From Camelus ferus (lineage: Eukaryota), in assembly GCF_009834535.1 (NCBI RefSeq), contig NC_045697.1, forward strand, positions 27,034,001 to 27,098,000: 64,000 bases of DNA, read 5' to 3'. Below are positions 13,661 to 26,405 of this stretch, piece by piece. The stretch's first letter is position 1. Each line of letters begins with the position of its first letter. The position numbers and the translations under genes are program-made. The notes below the pieces were generated by a model that was not told the origin of the DNA, did not search any database, and saw only the letters and a list, made by a program, of their open reading frames with translations.

Positions 13661-14390
13661 GGGTTTTTTCATGTTTTATTCTTTTTGCTGAGATATGTCC
13701 CCTCTATACCCACTTTGGTAAAAGTTTTTATCGTGTATGATGTTAAATTTTATCAAATGCTTTTTCTGCATCTATTGAGATCATCATGTGGTTTTGTCCT
13801 TTCTTTTGTTGATGTGGTGTATCACATTGATTGATCTGCGTATGTTGAACCATCCTTGTGTCCCTGGAATGAATCCAACTTGATTGTAGTGTATGATCTT
13901 TTTTATGTATTGTTGTTTTCTGTTTGCTAATATTTTGTTGAGAATTTTTGTGTCTGTGTTCACTAAAGATACTGGCCTGTAATTTTCTTTTTTGGTAGTA
14001 TCTTTGGTTTTGGTATCATGGTGATGCTGGCTTCATAGAATGAGTTTGGGAGTGTTCCCTCCTCTTCAGTCTTCTGAGAGAGTTTGAGAAGGATTGGTGT
14101 AAGTTCTTCTTGTATGTTTGGTAGAATGCCCTGGTGAAGCCACCCAGTCCTGGACTTTTGTTTGCAGGGAGGTTTTTTTTAGTCTATTTCATTTCTAGTG
14201 ATCAGTCCATTCAAATTATCTATTTCTTCTTGATTCAGTTTTGGTGAACTGTATGTTTCTAGAAACTTATCCGTTTCTTCTAGGTTGTCCAATTTGTTGC
14301 CATGTAATTTTTCATAGTGTTCTCTTATGGTTTTTTGGTATTTCTGGGATATTGGCTGTAATTTCTCCTCTTTCATTTCTTATTTTGTTA
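13661..14390 (-). mobile_element. LINE-1 ORF2 internal fragment
   Basis: ORF 14179-14376 ([40 protein letters not shown]) is L1 ORF2p sequence. The flanking DNA continues as degenerate ORF2. Confidence 0.9.
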
Positions 14391-14596
14391 AATCAGTGAT
14401 TTTAGATACGTAAAGGTGTTCCAGGTCACCAGTGCCCTCCTCAACACACATGTTATCCTTTTGCCAAAAATTATAACTCTACCAACTTTGAGTCTCTAGG
14501 AAAGAAAAAGCAAACTTAATTCCTACTAAAATGTCATTCACTCTGTTCTCCCCTTTTTATGCTTTCTTTTCCAGATGGTAACAAAAAATAATCCAG

Positions 14597-14628
14597 ATGG
14601 GGTGCAGGTGCTGTAAAATGTTACAAAG
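14597..14628 (+). CDS. C4orf19: C4orf19/PGCKA1 orthologue, first coding exon (exon 14575-14628)
   Basis: Polypyrimidine tract and ccag acceptor ending at 14574. ATG at 14597 reads MGCRCCKMLQ(S), matching the recalled human N-terminus MGCRCCKIIQS. Donor AG|gtaaag at 14628/14629, phase 2. Confidence 0.9.
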
Positions 14629-15676
14629 GTAAAGTTGAAAAAATACCTATTCCAAATGGAGGAATTCGTGATTACCATGGAGGCACTTTTAAAGACCCTA
14701 CATGGATTCAGTACATTTATCCAGCTTGGGGCATGACCAGCATGGCCAGGACATTGAGTTTGGAACTGCTTTAATATCATTTAAAAGAACATGAGATCTA
14801 GATTTTTTTTAACTTTTTTTTTCACAATGTCCAGAGTATGTTGGGAACACTGCCTTTCTCTGTGGCTGATTTTTGTTTGGATTGAATTTGCATTTCCGCA
14901 GAGAACTTCAATGCAAAGAAAAGCTTGGGATTTAGAAGATGCCTGAAATGACATCACTGAAAATAAATCACCCTAGTCACATATATGCTTTTAATTTTGT
15001 CCAGATTCTATTTCATAAAAATTTGGGTAACATAAATATAATTCTACATAAAATAAAGAGGAAAAATTAACTGATGATTTTGCTTCCTTAACAAATAAAA
15101 CTACCTGTATTATGTTAGTTCTATTCCATATCTGTGTCTATGTTTATGTGTAGATAGATCTAGATACACACATGTAATACATACATAAATTTTATTCCAC
15201 TATAACCATAATCTGATGTTAAGCTTTATTTAAAAAAAAAAAAGTCTTATAAGTATCTTTCATGCAAGTCCAGGCTGCATATTTATTATTTTAATGACTA
15301 TAAATATTCCTCTGAGGGGTTGTACCATCAGTTCTTAGCCACTTATTTTCCTGTCATTAGGCGTTTGTTTTATTTATTGCCTTTTTTGTTTTTTACATTT
15401 CATGAACCACTTTGTTCTTTACCTTCTTCCAGCCCCCTTGTGAGTCTCTTCCTGAGATCTGTGTCCAGTGGTAGAACATTTTTATACCAACTGTATCTGA
15501 TTTAGACACACAAATATGCTCGAAAGAGTAACTAATCATGGAAAGTAAGTTAACGGGAGAATGGAAAGCAGCAGAGCCTGCAGTAGGAAGTATTAATGAA
15601 GGCAGTTATTTATAAAGGTATTAATAAATAAAATTACTTAACAATTAACCTGACTGATCATCATTCTCACCCCCAG

Positions 15677-16604
15677 CTATCTCTTTGATCCAGTTCAAGT
15701 GCCCTCCCCTGGTTACGTCAACGAAGTAAGCAGCTGCAAGGTAGATGAAGACGACACTGTCAAATTAAAAGGCAAGCAGAGCAGCGAAGTCCTGGTGCAT
15801 AGAAATGACCTTCCGAGCGAGGACGCGAAGAAGACCGCGAGCAGAAGCAGGACGGCTGGTCCGCTGGAGCCCTGCTGGCCGCACGGAGGACCGCTCCTTC
15901 AGGGGGACCCCGGAGGGAGTCCCTGTGCCGAGAAGGCTGGCGGTGCCGTCAATGGCATCGGCCCCACTGCGGCCCTGCAGCTCACTGGGGACCCAGCCCA
16001 CCCCCAGGGTGACGGGGGCTCCTGGGCCAGTACCGCCAACGGGGTTCGCCCGACTCAGCCCTACCTTGAAGGGGGCAGCGCCAGCGAACCGGACCGTGTG
16101 CTGCCGGCCTCAGAAGAGACCCGAGTCATCCCACCTGGGGACTCCAGAGCGCCTCCCAAGGCAGAACATCCTGCCCGGGAAGCACAGGACCACGTCCTCC
16201 AGATACCCGCCCCGGACTACCCTCGGCTCCGGGGCTCGGCTGAAGACAACGCTGATCACGGAGAACAGGATTGTCTTTTCAAGAACCGCGCTGAGGAGGA
16301 GCCCCGGGAGGGCGTTCAGCCCAGGGCGGGGGACCACGGGATGAATATACCCTTCTCCGTGAAGAGAAGCTGGGATTCATTAAACGAGGCCGTGGCAACT
16401 GAAGTTCTAAATGTCTACTTTAAAGAGGAGGATCCAGCTCAGGACGTGCCTGTGGGTGATTCGAGAAACGGGTTGGAGGAGAGCCCGGGCTCCAGTGGAG
16501 ACAGGAGCGGGGGGCTGGAGGCGGAGGAGGACGCAGAGGTGGCCGAAGCCCTTGCTGCGCTAGAAGCAGCGACTGCAGGAGAAGATGTGGACGAGGCCGA
16601 TTAG
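15677..16604 (+). CDS. C4orf19: C4orf19/PGCKA1 orthologue, last coding exon; total CDS 960 nt, 319 aa
   Basis: Acceptor ctcacccccag|C at 15676/15677 completes a Ser codon in phase 2. Translation YLFDPVQVPSPGYVNEV...PFSVKRSWDSLNE...AEVAEALAALEAATAGEDVDEAD* matches recalled C4orf19. The track ORF 15699-16604 is this exon. Confidence 0.92.
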
Positions 16605-19600
16605 GGGAGGGGATTTGCTCAGGCATATAAACTGGCGTGGCCCTGGGGCCTGTGGGGACGCGTCTGCTCCTTAGACGCAGAGCGGATAGTCTGCCGCACG
16701 CACGCACGGGTGCAGCCTGAACAGGGGTTGACACCCAGCATCTGTTCTGATGGCTGCGAGTGCCTGCGTCAGGCCGCGTGCTAAACCGGACCACTGTCTG
16801 GATGAGCTATCACTCAGGACACCAGAATGAAAGTCAGAGAGGGGCACCGTGCTGGGCTGCACAGCACGCGTAGAGATTAAACAGCCTGCTCCCCAGCCCG
16901 CAAAGCTCCCCCAGAACATCCAGTGCAGGTGTTCTTGAGGATGCGCTGAAGTCCCAGCACTTAATCCCACGGTCACAGATTCGCAGAACATTCTGTTTGA
17001 CTGTAAATTCTTTATCTTGCTTTTGAGAGCCAAACGTTATACCCAGCCTGGGAAAGGTAACTCCCACAAAGTGCCTAATGTATCCTCCCCAGAGCATGGC
17101 TTACCTACAGGGACAATCATCCAGGGAACTAATAACTAACCACTTGTTGTTGGACAGAGAGTTAAGCTTAGCAGCTGTCAGAGTGGAGCAGGAGCCACCC
17201 ATAAACAAATGGTTAGTCATTAGCTGTGATAGCAAGACACCTTGACCTTAACTTTTTTACATTATTACTTTTTCATCTCCTTTGGGATTTGGGGGTCCAG
17301 TCAAAATCGTTCTTTAAACTGCTTATGTCCTATTTGGGTTTTAAGTTCATGAGATTTGGATGAGCAAAGAGATAGATGGAGTGTTTTGTGCCATGTAATG
17401 TCTGATTCTGATTAAAATGTAAGAACACATGTGTCTGTGTATCTTAACTCGAATGTGGTTCTAATTTTCCAAGACTGAGCATTAGTGAGCCTTGATGTTT
17501 CTTTGAATGTAAAGAGCTAGACTATTAAATTATAGTTGAGGAAGAGACTAGGTTGGTTTGCTAAGAATGCTTTGGCTCTCTGTCTTTGGAGTTCTAACTC
17601 TTGATGCCATGACTACATGTACAGATCTTACCTTAAGAATGAACAGCTTTCTCTGAGTTTCAGCTTTCTAATTGATAAAAACAAGGACAGCTATTCTGAC
17701 ATGGCTTAATGGAGATTTAAAGATGGTCAAGATTACCTAGAAAAATATGAATGTGGACGTTGCTTTATTATGTATGGTGTTCCATAACACAGGCTCTGAA
17801 ATCTGACTGACCTTGGTTGGATTTCCAGCTTTGCCATGTGACCTTGGACAAGTACCCTTCTATTTGCCCATCAGTTAAGTGAGAAGAATAATAGTATGTA
17901 CTTCTGGAAATTGTCATAATGTCATCACTCCATTTTGGTAATTATTAAACATAAAACATGATTTCTGAGCCTTTCAACATCTTTAAGGTCAACACCCTTA
18001 CAAATGCTTAACAAACATACATTTTTCTGGGTTTGCTTGGTGACAAGCCATCACTACATCAAGATCACTTTGAGCCCTTAAAGGATAAACTTTTGGCATT
18101 GTTAATTGCATTTTTGGTTTGCTTGCTATTGTATTTAGTACACCAAATGCTTACTATTTCAGAGTCGTTCCTTCAGCAATTTCCAAGTGTATCTGTTGGG
18201 ATTAGGTCCAGCTGCATGTGCTAAATGAGTTATAAAAATAGAGATTTATTTATCTCTTACATAAAAGAAGTCTGGAGGAAGCAGTCCAGGCTGGTAGAGG
18301 ATTCCACAATATCAGCAACTTACGCTCTTTCTATCATTTGGCTTCCTTCTCAAGATTACTGTATGGTCCACAATACCTGCTGGGGTTCCAGTCATTACAG
18401 TTGCTTTCCATGTAGGAAAAAGAATAAAGGGTCAGAAGTTCTCACTCCTTCTCTATTAAGGACCTTCCAGAGGTATAATTCAATCGTTCTGCATATACCT
18501 CATTGGTCAACCAAATCTGGTTACTTGGTCACATCTAGCTGCCAGAAAGGCCAGGAAAACTTACCTTCCTAGCTACAAGCATGACTCTCCCAACTAAATT
18601 CAGGATTCAAGTACTGAGAAGGTACGGAGAATGGACATTGAGTTTTGAGATGGTCTGCTTATGATCTCTGCCACACCAGGTCCTCAAAACACAAAAGCCC
18701 AGGGTAGAGCCAATTTGCAAGAGGCTGAAAGATATTGTTTACATTTAGTCTGACACAGAAGGAATCTAAATCTAAACCTTTGGTTCAAGTAGCCATCCCA
18801 GCTTCCCACTGGCACCTCCAAAACAGAAGCATGAAGGAAGAAGAATCAGACAAGAGAAGGGTAAGGTGAGGTATCCATGCAGACAAGTCTCTTTCCCTGG
18901 CACAGAAACATACTTCTGCATTGACCTATGTACCTAATTTTACATTTTAGGACTACTGCAGAGAGTTCACCATCATGAGCAACTCTCAAGCTCTTAAAGA
19001 TTCTTTTTGTGTGAATGACTGCTTCAGAAAGGTTAACAGAACACCAAGAATTTCAAGTGTTTTTATTTTGTTTCTTAAACCAATCCTGGCCCCTTTAGTC
19101 TCTAACCCAATATCCAGGCTCCACCAAAGGATGTCAGAGGAAAAGTCAGAATCTTTAGGTTGGGGAAAGACTCCAGATTTTAGCCTTATTCCTCAGGTTA
19201 TCCAGCAACTGGCTGAGCCCCCTGATCTGTATAATATCTTCCATCTGCAGCCTGGTGTCACCCCTAATCAGAAAAGTGATGCTGACAAGAGTGACACTTC
19301 TCAAACATTCTGGACAGCTTAGGATAGCTCAGATGCACTCTGAATGTAAGGCGCTGGCTGTGGTTAGAAGTGGACCTCACCTTCTCCATGATCTTAGCAA
19401 AGAGCACCACGTGGATATTTACCATCCTAAATCTTGATTTTGATGTAAGATTTTTTCTATATTACATGTGGGTTTCTTGGGCCAAGTAGTTACATTTCAG
19501 TTTTTACTGGGGAAAATTGAACTATCATATAAATATGAAATTAGATATTTTCCCCAGATTTCCAGAGCAGATGGTAGCATATTGTTATAACTGTCAAACC

Positions 19601-20295
19601 AGACCCCGCCACGCACACCAAAGAATGAAAAGAATTTGAGGTTCTTAGCACCTGCGCATTGGTCCACATTCAGTAACTGTTAGCCAGTCACCATTTCCAT
19701 CAGTCTTCCTCTGCTGTGGACCCTACGGGTGAGGTTATCTCTTTTCTTCTTTCTTTCTAATTGAGTTACAATTGATATACAGTATTATAAGTCTCAGGTG
19801 TACAACATAGTGATTCACAACTTTATACTCTATAGTTATTATAAAATATTGGCTATGTTCCCTGGCCGTCTAATATATCCTTGTAGCTTATTTATTTTAT
19901 GCATAGCAGTTCATAACTCTTATCTCTTGCTCCTATCTTGCCTCTCCCCACCGCCCTCCACTTCCCTTGCATTCCTTAACTCCTCCATCAGTATCTCTCA
20001 GCAGGAGGCCTTAGGAAGAAGGAAGGAGGCACCAAGGGCAAGGACATAAGCACAGATCTCTGGCTTCCTTAGTTCTGTTATCTGTGTGCAGACGCAGGAA
20101 TGCAGCCTCTCAGCCTCTGGTCTTGAACTTGGACTTCACTCTTCACCAAGCGGAGGCTCCTATTTGTATGAGTCTTCATGATGAAAATGTGGACATTCTT
20201 GCTTTCTGTTTATTATGTTTTTTCTAGATTACTCCTCACTCGTTTTGAAATCTATTTTACTGCTGGTGATAATTAAACAGAGCAAGCTGGCATTT
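16605..20295 (+). other. C4orf19: Possible extent of the C4orf19 3' UTR (end uncertain)
   Basis: Follows the stop codon. Candidate ATTAAA at 20272-20277 has a downstream TTTGTTTTT, but earlier ATTAAA hexamers (~17411, ~17524, ~17944) are also possible. Confidence 0.3.
19745..19960 (-). mobile_element. Short LINE-1 3' end
   Basis: Antisense L1 tail motifs AATTGAGTTACAATTGAT, CAGGTGTACAACATAGTGATTCA and TTATAAAATATTGGCTATGTTCCCTG. Confidence 0.75.
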
Positions 20296-20951
20296 GTTTT
20301 TCATGGTAAACACTCTGTTGATTTATGGAAATAAGTTGCTTATTTTCTAAATTCGTAAGTTTCTCAAATGTGTCAGATTATAGTAGACATATCTAAACTA
20401 CTGACTTCTGAAGCACCCTCAGCCACTTTAAGAGACAACATTTTAGGCAGATTTATTCAATATGCTGATTACAGATGATTCTTACCAGCATATTCAAGTC
20501 AGGTGCTTGGAGTTGACTATTAGCAATTTTATTTCAACAAAAGTGACTGTAATCAACAAGTACCTTTCTCCTAGATGCAGGAGCGTGTGTGACACAGGTG
20601 AGAACTCAGTACATGAGTTGTTGAATGAAGGAATAAAAGCTCTTCACATATAGTGGAAGAGACACCATGCAGTGAACTAAGATTCTGAATGCTAGTTATT
20701 AAATTGGAAAACGTTGTGATCAAGGTACACACGCAGGGCTGCGGGGGCACAGTCTGTGTGGATTTGACGGCAAAGAAATTACACTTGTTATTCATGCTCT
20801 TCAGACCGCCCTGCTCCATTTGAATAAGGAGGCTGTGTGGTGGTCTGTGGAAAGGTGGGCACAGAGTGGAACTGAGTAGCCAGTGAAGGTTTGGTCTCCA
20901 TCAGGAGGCCCTGTTTCCCTGAGGACATTACTCCCAAATTGAGACAAAAAC

Positions 20952-20954
<3 letters not shown>

Positions 20955-20987
<33 letters not shown>
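20955..20987 (+). repeat. Poly(A) run (A33)
   Basis: 33 uninterrupted A, with no recognisable element body attached. Confidence 0.95.
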
Positions 20988-20988
<1 letters not shown>

Positions 20989-23900
20989 AGTGGGACCAAG
21001 CTCTGGGAAACCTAGCTGACCACATTTTTCAGTTTGAACTCAATCTTTCAGATCCTGGAGAAGAAGGAAAAAGGGTATGTATTTGTGACATGAGACTCAG
21101 ATATCACTTTTCTCTTGGCTCCTCGTGGTAGAAACAGTACCCGGGGGTTGGCTCTGTGGTTAACACCTGCAGCCCCGCGTGGTGACCTCCAGGTCTTCCA
21201 AGGCTGTAGAATCTCTGAAACTGCCTACATCAGTGGTGTTGGTCTTTGCATGATGATCACAGGACTAGGAATTCCTTTTCCTGCCAAGCATGAGGTGGGT
21301 CCCAGGCCATCCAGGCCACGTGAGCAGTGAGTGCAAAGTATCCGGCGATTCCTTTCCTCAGCCTTGTCACCTGTGAAGTGGCAGAGGCGGCTCGGCCTCC
21401 CTGTGGCAGGATTTCGACCTACAGGAGGGACAGGGTATCAAGTGCTCAGCGCATCCCCAGCACCAGGTAAATAATCGATGTTAGATGTGATTCTGTCACC
21501 CAGTGAAGGCCATCTCACATTGGACCACTTTTTATGATTAGCACTTACCACTTTTTTTAATAACTAAATTTGGTTTCTCTGACCACCAGAGCTCTCTGAA
21601 CCACTTCTAATAATATTGAACAATCTCTAAACTAGATAAGTCCTTTTCTCCCTGCATCATTAACAATCATCTCAAGGCAAACATGCAGCTTGGGGACACT
21701 CCATGTTTAATATATATTTTGTTCTCATTCTGATTATTTATTCTCATGATTTTCATCATTTAACCATTTAACCACCCAGTAATTTATGCCTAGTCACAAT
21801 TTTAAGTCACGCTGTGTTTGAAGTGAATATTTAAGTCATGAAAACTGACCTATTTCTTTCATCCTCCCTTGTCCCAAATACATTTTTATTAAATAAAATG
21901 CCTCTTTAATGCAAGATACAAATCTTGGGTTTGATAGGCTTGGTTAGTTAGTTTAGAGGGATTGTTTTGTTTGGTGTTTTTTGATTTGGTCAATTTTAAG
22001 ATAGTCATAATAAGCAAGCTCATAAATTTTGCAATTTGAGTATCATGTTACTATTCCAAGAGCATTTTCCCTATAATTTCTCAGCTAGAGTTACTTGCAA
22101 ATAAAAAGAGATCAAGTTCTTTTTTAAGACTAGACCACATTCAAGTCTTATCCTAAGAGGGATAAGATAAGACTACCACCTGAACACCCAGGGAAACAGC
22201 ACACCCTTTATCTTGTAGATCTGGGCCCATTTAACATCAGAACAATGAGATCATTCTCTCACTTAAGGTATCTGACTTGGTTCCAGAAGAATCTCAGGCC
22301 CAGAAAGAACCTCAAATGTTCCCTCTTCTACCCGGTCCCTCCTCCTCTCCCATTTCCTCCCACCACTACCCTGGATCCATCCTCAAATGCTAAGTGATGT
22401 GACTGTGGCAGAGGCATCAAGAATCCACTCTCAAATGACCAGATTCTCATCACTCTATCATTTATTTCACGAAAGACAGTGAGAATTTGGCAACTCTGAG
22501 GCAGCTCTGAGTGAGCCCTGGTCCTACTCAGCCCCATGCTAAGTTCACTATCTGTCCAAGCCTGTACAGTCTTCACGGCCATCCTAAGAGGCACATATTA
22601 TCTTCACCCTTTAGTTAGAAGATTGAGATCTGAAAAGCTTAAGGTCACAGATGACCAAAGTCATCTGAACGCCAAAGTTGTGCTCTTATGGGAGCTGTAA
22701 TAACCAGCCCTATGGTAAATCAAAGAATGATGGTGAAAGGGAGGTTTTCCTAAGGCAATAAAAGGGAAAGGGTTTGCAAGAGCATTTCAGAGCAGAAGCC
22801 ACGCCAGGGCCAGGGCACCTGGCTATGGATCCGAGGCAGCACTGGGCAGTCTCAGCCGTAAGGCTGGACACCTGGCATCACTTACCCTTGTGGCCCTGAC
22901 ACTCCCGTGTGTCCACTTCTCTGAGAGTAATTGCATTGGCCCTGGGATGTTGTTGTTGCAAGTGATAGAAACTCAACCCAAAGGAGGTAAGATAAAAGAG
23001 GAATGTCCCTGGAATGTCCATAAAACTCAAAAGGGCATTAGGGCCTTGGGATCAACTGAATCTGGGTCTCAACAGCAACCAGGATGGCCTCTCTTCTCTC
23101 TGCATGATCCCTTCCTTTCTTCAGATCAGTTTCCTCCACAAGGCAGGAAGCAGGCCTCCAGCATGAGAAATACATGAAACATTGTGCTGTACACCAGAAA
23201 TCGACACACTGTAACTGACTATACTTCAATTAAAAAAAGAAAGAAAGAAAAGAAATAAACCACTTTCTCCAGCTCCAGTTTCAAACATCCCAGGGAGAGG
23301 CCCCATTGAGGCCCACCTCAGTCACATCCAGCTCCGTCAGCAGGGCACCTGGATGGGTTCTAAGAAGAAGGAGAAGAGTTCTCCAAAGGAGGGAGCACCA
23401 TTCCAGAAGAGCTGATGGAGTATGAACTGCCCCCTGCACACGCTACCTCTTCATCCTCAGCTCTTTCTTCTACCCCTGTAGTTCTGCCTCCTTGAAATGT
23501 GGCTCCTCTTCTATTCCGTGGCTCTTCCATGAGGCTTTGAACTCTAACTGTGGTTCAGCTTCAGAGCAAGAAGTTTCCTGGATCAGCTCTACCTTTGGAC
23601 AAAGCTATGTGTGCTGGACCTCTTCACAGGCCACCTTGATCAGCTGTGGTGGGACAGACACCCACAGACCCCTTACCTGGTAGCTTACCAAGCCTGGATG
23701 CTTACAATGGCAGTGTCCTCTGTCACGGTGGTCCTGGAGACTGCAGCAGGCACCATGATTTGCATGCATTTTTCTAGTCTTTAAAAATCCTGGGAGATAG
23801 GTCACTTTACATATGAGGAAACTGCGTCTTAGAAAGTAATTTCCCAGTATCACACGGCAGTGAGTGGCAGAGCCAGGATTCAAAACCAACAGCAAAGGCC

Positions 23901-25964
23901 AGGCTAGTTCTCCCAGACCACACTGCTTCTCATGGTCACACCACTTCCATGGCAGGATTCAGGGCAAGGGGTTTCCTCCAAAATGAAACTCAGTTATTCC
24001 TACCAGCATCAAAGGTCACGCCTGCAGAGAAACAAGTTCCCAGGTCAGAACCTGGGGTTTCCTCTGAGAAAGACAATAGAGACCCACTGGTAGAGTCAGA
24101 AAATGGGTTAGGAAAAACGCAAACTGAAATTTTCACACCCATAAAATAGCTAATGATATTCTTTCATTTTTACAGGCAGGCTTTTGTTATTTATGTATTC
24201 ATTAAATAATCATGCGTACATACTTTCTGAACTGAAAGAAGGAACACCACCAATAATAAATGGCCAAGAAGCTAGGCTGTCTGCAGTTCTCACCTTCGGC
24301 CGGCAGAGGGGGCACGCGCCAGCTTTGTACAAGGCCGACTACCCGCTGCCGGGACAGCAGCGGAATCAATCCGGTGAGCCCTGACACCAGCTGGGCAGCT
24401 ACAGAGCGCCCGGGGCACAGAAGTCCCAAGTGCCCTTTCAGGGGTTCGGCGCTCCCATGAGGGACCTCCAAGAAGATCTGAGAACAGTCCTGAGGAATGG
24501 TCCTCGGAAGATGAGGAATGAACAAAGGAAGCCCTGGGTAGAACCTGCCCCACAGACACAAGGGTCAGAGGATTTAAGAACTGGCAAGGACATCAGGGGC
24601 AAAACAGTCTCCTTTGACCGCAGCCCAGCCCTGAGTCGCGGGACCCCCACTTCCAAGCCCCAGCGTTCTGCTGTCGTCCGCGGGAGGGAAGGGAGGGTCT
24701 CCTTACCTTTCCACTAGATCAGATCTGGGCGCAGGAAGCCTAGATATCCAGATTTGAGAAGGAAGTGCGGGAGCACACAAGGCACGCACAGTCCCTGGCA
24801 AATTCCCCAGGACCTGACGGTGCCGGGGGAGAGCTGACTCCTAGGGAGGAGCCTAGCGACGACATCAAAAGACGGGTCAACTAAGAACAGCACCTGTCAC
24901 CCAAGTGACCCCTTCCCCTGTGAGATTTGGGGACTTCCTAACATCCTCCCTGGTGCATTCATTCTGGGGTTCCTGGTTTTCATGAGCTGAAAATTGTAGA
25001 AATCACCTTTTCTACTTCCTTAGCCTAAGTTCTTGATCATCTTGTTTTCAAGGCAAAATAAATAAATAAAACAAAGATAAAGACAAAAAAACAACCAGAC
25101 ACACTTGAAAATTCAAGGTCAAAATCCAATGAGGCACCACAAACAGTAAAGCCTGCTGTATATAAATTTTTTAAAAAATTAATAAGGATATGAAGGAAAG
25201 ATGGAATTCAGGTGAAGACAAATGACTCTGCTAAAACTGAATCACATAACCACACCAAAGGGTAGGGGTGAAGGCGCTGACTTAAGTAACTTTGATAAAT
25301 GGGCTTCTGCCTAGATTCTCTAAGGCTAAAACCTAGAAGAATAGTACACAACACTGTGCTCTAGCTGGAAATCTATTTCCCGCAGGGGTATATGTTCAAG
25401 CTACTTTATGTATATGCTAAAGTTGACACGTCTGTAAAAATAGTATAGCTAGTAAGAACCAGTTTTCTTCACTGTAGGAGAAAAAAGTTACAAAGAAGGA
25501 AAGCTGGAAGGTTCGAGCGAACCGTATGGAGCTAGACTGGGATCAGAGGCATCAGTCATGACTCGCACTTTTTTCCTAAAGATAGATACATAAAGCTGTG
25601 TGTAAATGTATGGGTGAGTAGTGTGTGTGTAGGTATGTGCATGCCCAGAAGCAGTGACACCCCAGGATCAACGAGGACACCTACTGCCCGATCTTCATTT
25701 CTAAACACTGTTCTCCAATAAAGGAACCAGGGCTCCTTGAATAGTGGTGGATTCCAACGCTGAGACAAGGAATATACAAGATGAGAAGATGAGCCTGGAG
25801 CATCTTGTGGTTCTAGAAAGTGAGGAAGAGCAAAAGGGAGAAGGAAGAGAGGAAAGGAGGAAGGAAGGAATAAAGAGGAGCCGTATTGAAAGGACACCGG
25901 CCCGGTCCTGAAAGAGCCCCTCCCACAGTAAAAGCAGCTGCAGGCAAGATCCACCAGTGGATGG

Positions 25965-26405
25965 TGTGGTGGGCTGAATTGTGTCCCCTGAAAAGTTGAA
26001 GTCCTGACTCCAGGTTCCCGTGAATATGGCCATATTTGGAATGAGTCTTTGCAAATGTAACCAAGTTAAGATGAAGCCATACTAGATTGCAGTGGGCTCT
26101 AAATCCAATGACTGGTGTCCCCATGAGAAGATGAGTGGACAGAGGCCCCCAGGCAGGGAAGAGGTCCATGTGGAGACAGAGGCAAACACTGGAGTGAAGC
26201 AGCTGTGAAGCAAGGGCTACCCACAGCCACCAGAAGGTAGGAGGCATGGAGCCAATTCTCCCTGGGGGACTTCAGAAGGAACCAACCTTGCAGACACCTC
26301 AGTTTCAGACCTCTGGCTTCCTAAACTGTGAAAGAATAAATTTCTGTTGTTTTAGACCACCCAGTTTGCAGCAGTTTTTTACAGGAACCCCAAGAAACTA
26401 ACACA
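25965..26405 (+). mobile_element. MLT1 (MaLR) solo LTR inserted within an old L1MC fragment
   Basis: Starts TGTGGTGGGCTGAATTGTGTCCCC and ends AACTAACACA, with AATAAATTTCTGTTGTTTT. L1MC-like sequence lies on both sides (~25300-27030). Confidence 0.85.

Noticed and set aside
15765..17097. Overlapping alternative-frame and antisense ORFs (for example 179 aa at 15805-16344)
   Set aside because: Expected from stop-codon scarcity in a GC-rich exon; no recognisable protein features.
20955..20987. A33 run as a processed pseudogene or solo retro-insertion
   Set aside because: No upstream body or convincing TSD; cannot be distinguished from slippage expansion.
24184..24717. Cluster of overlapping ORFs as a novel gene
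   Set aside because: GC-rich open frames with no coherent splice structure or recognisable homology.
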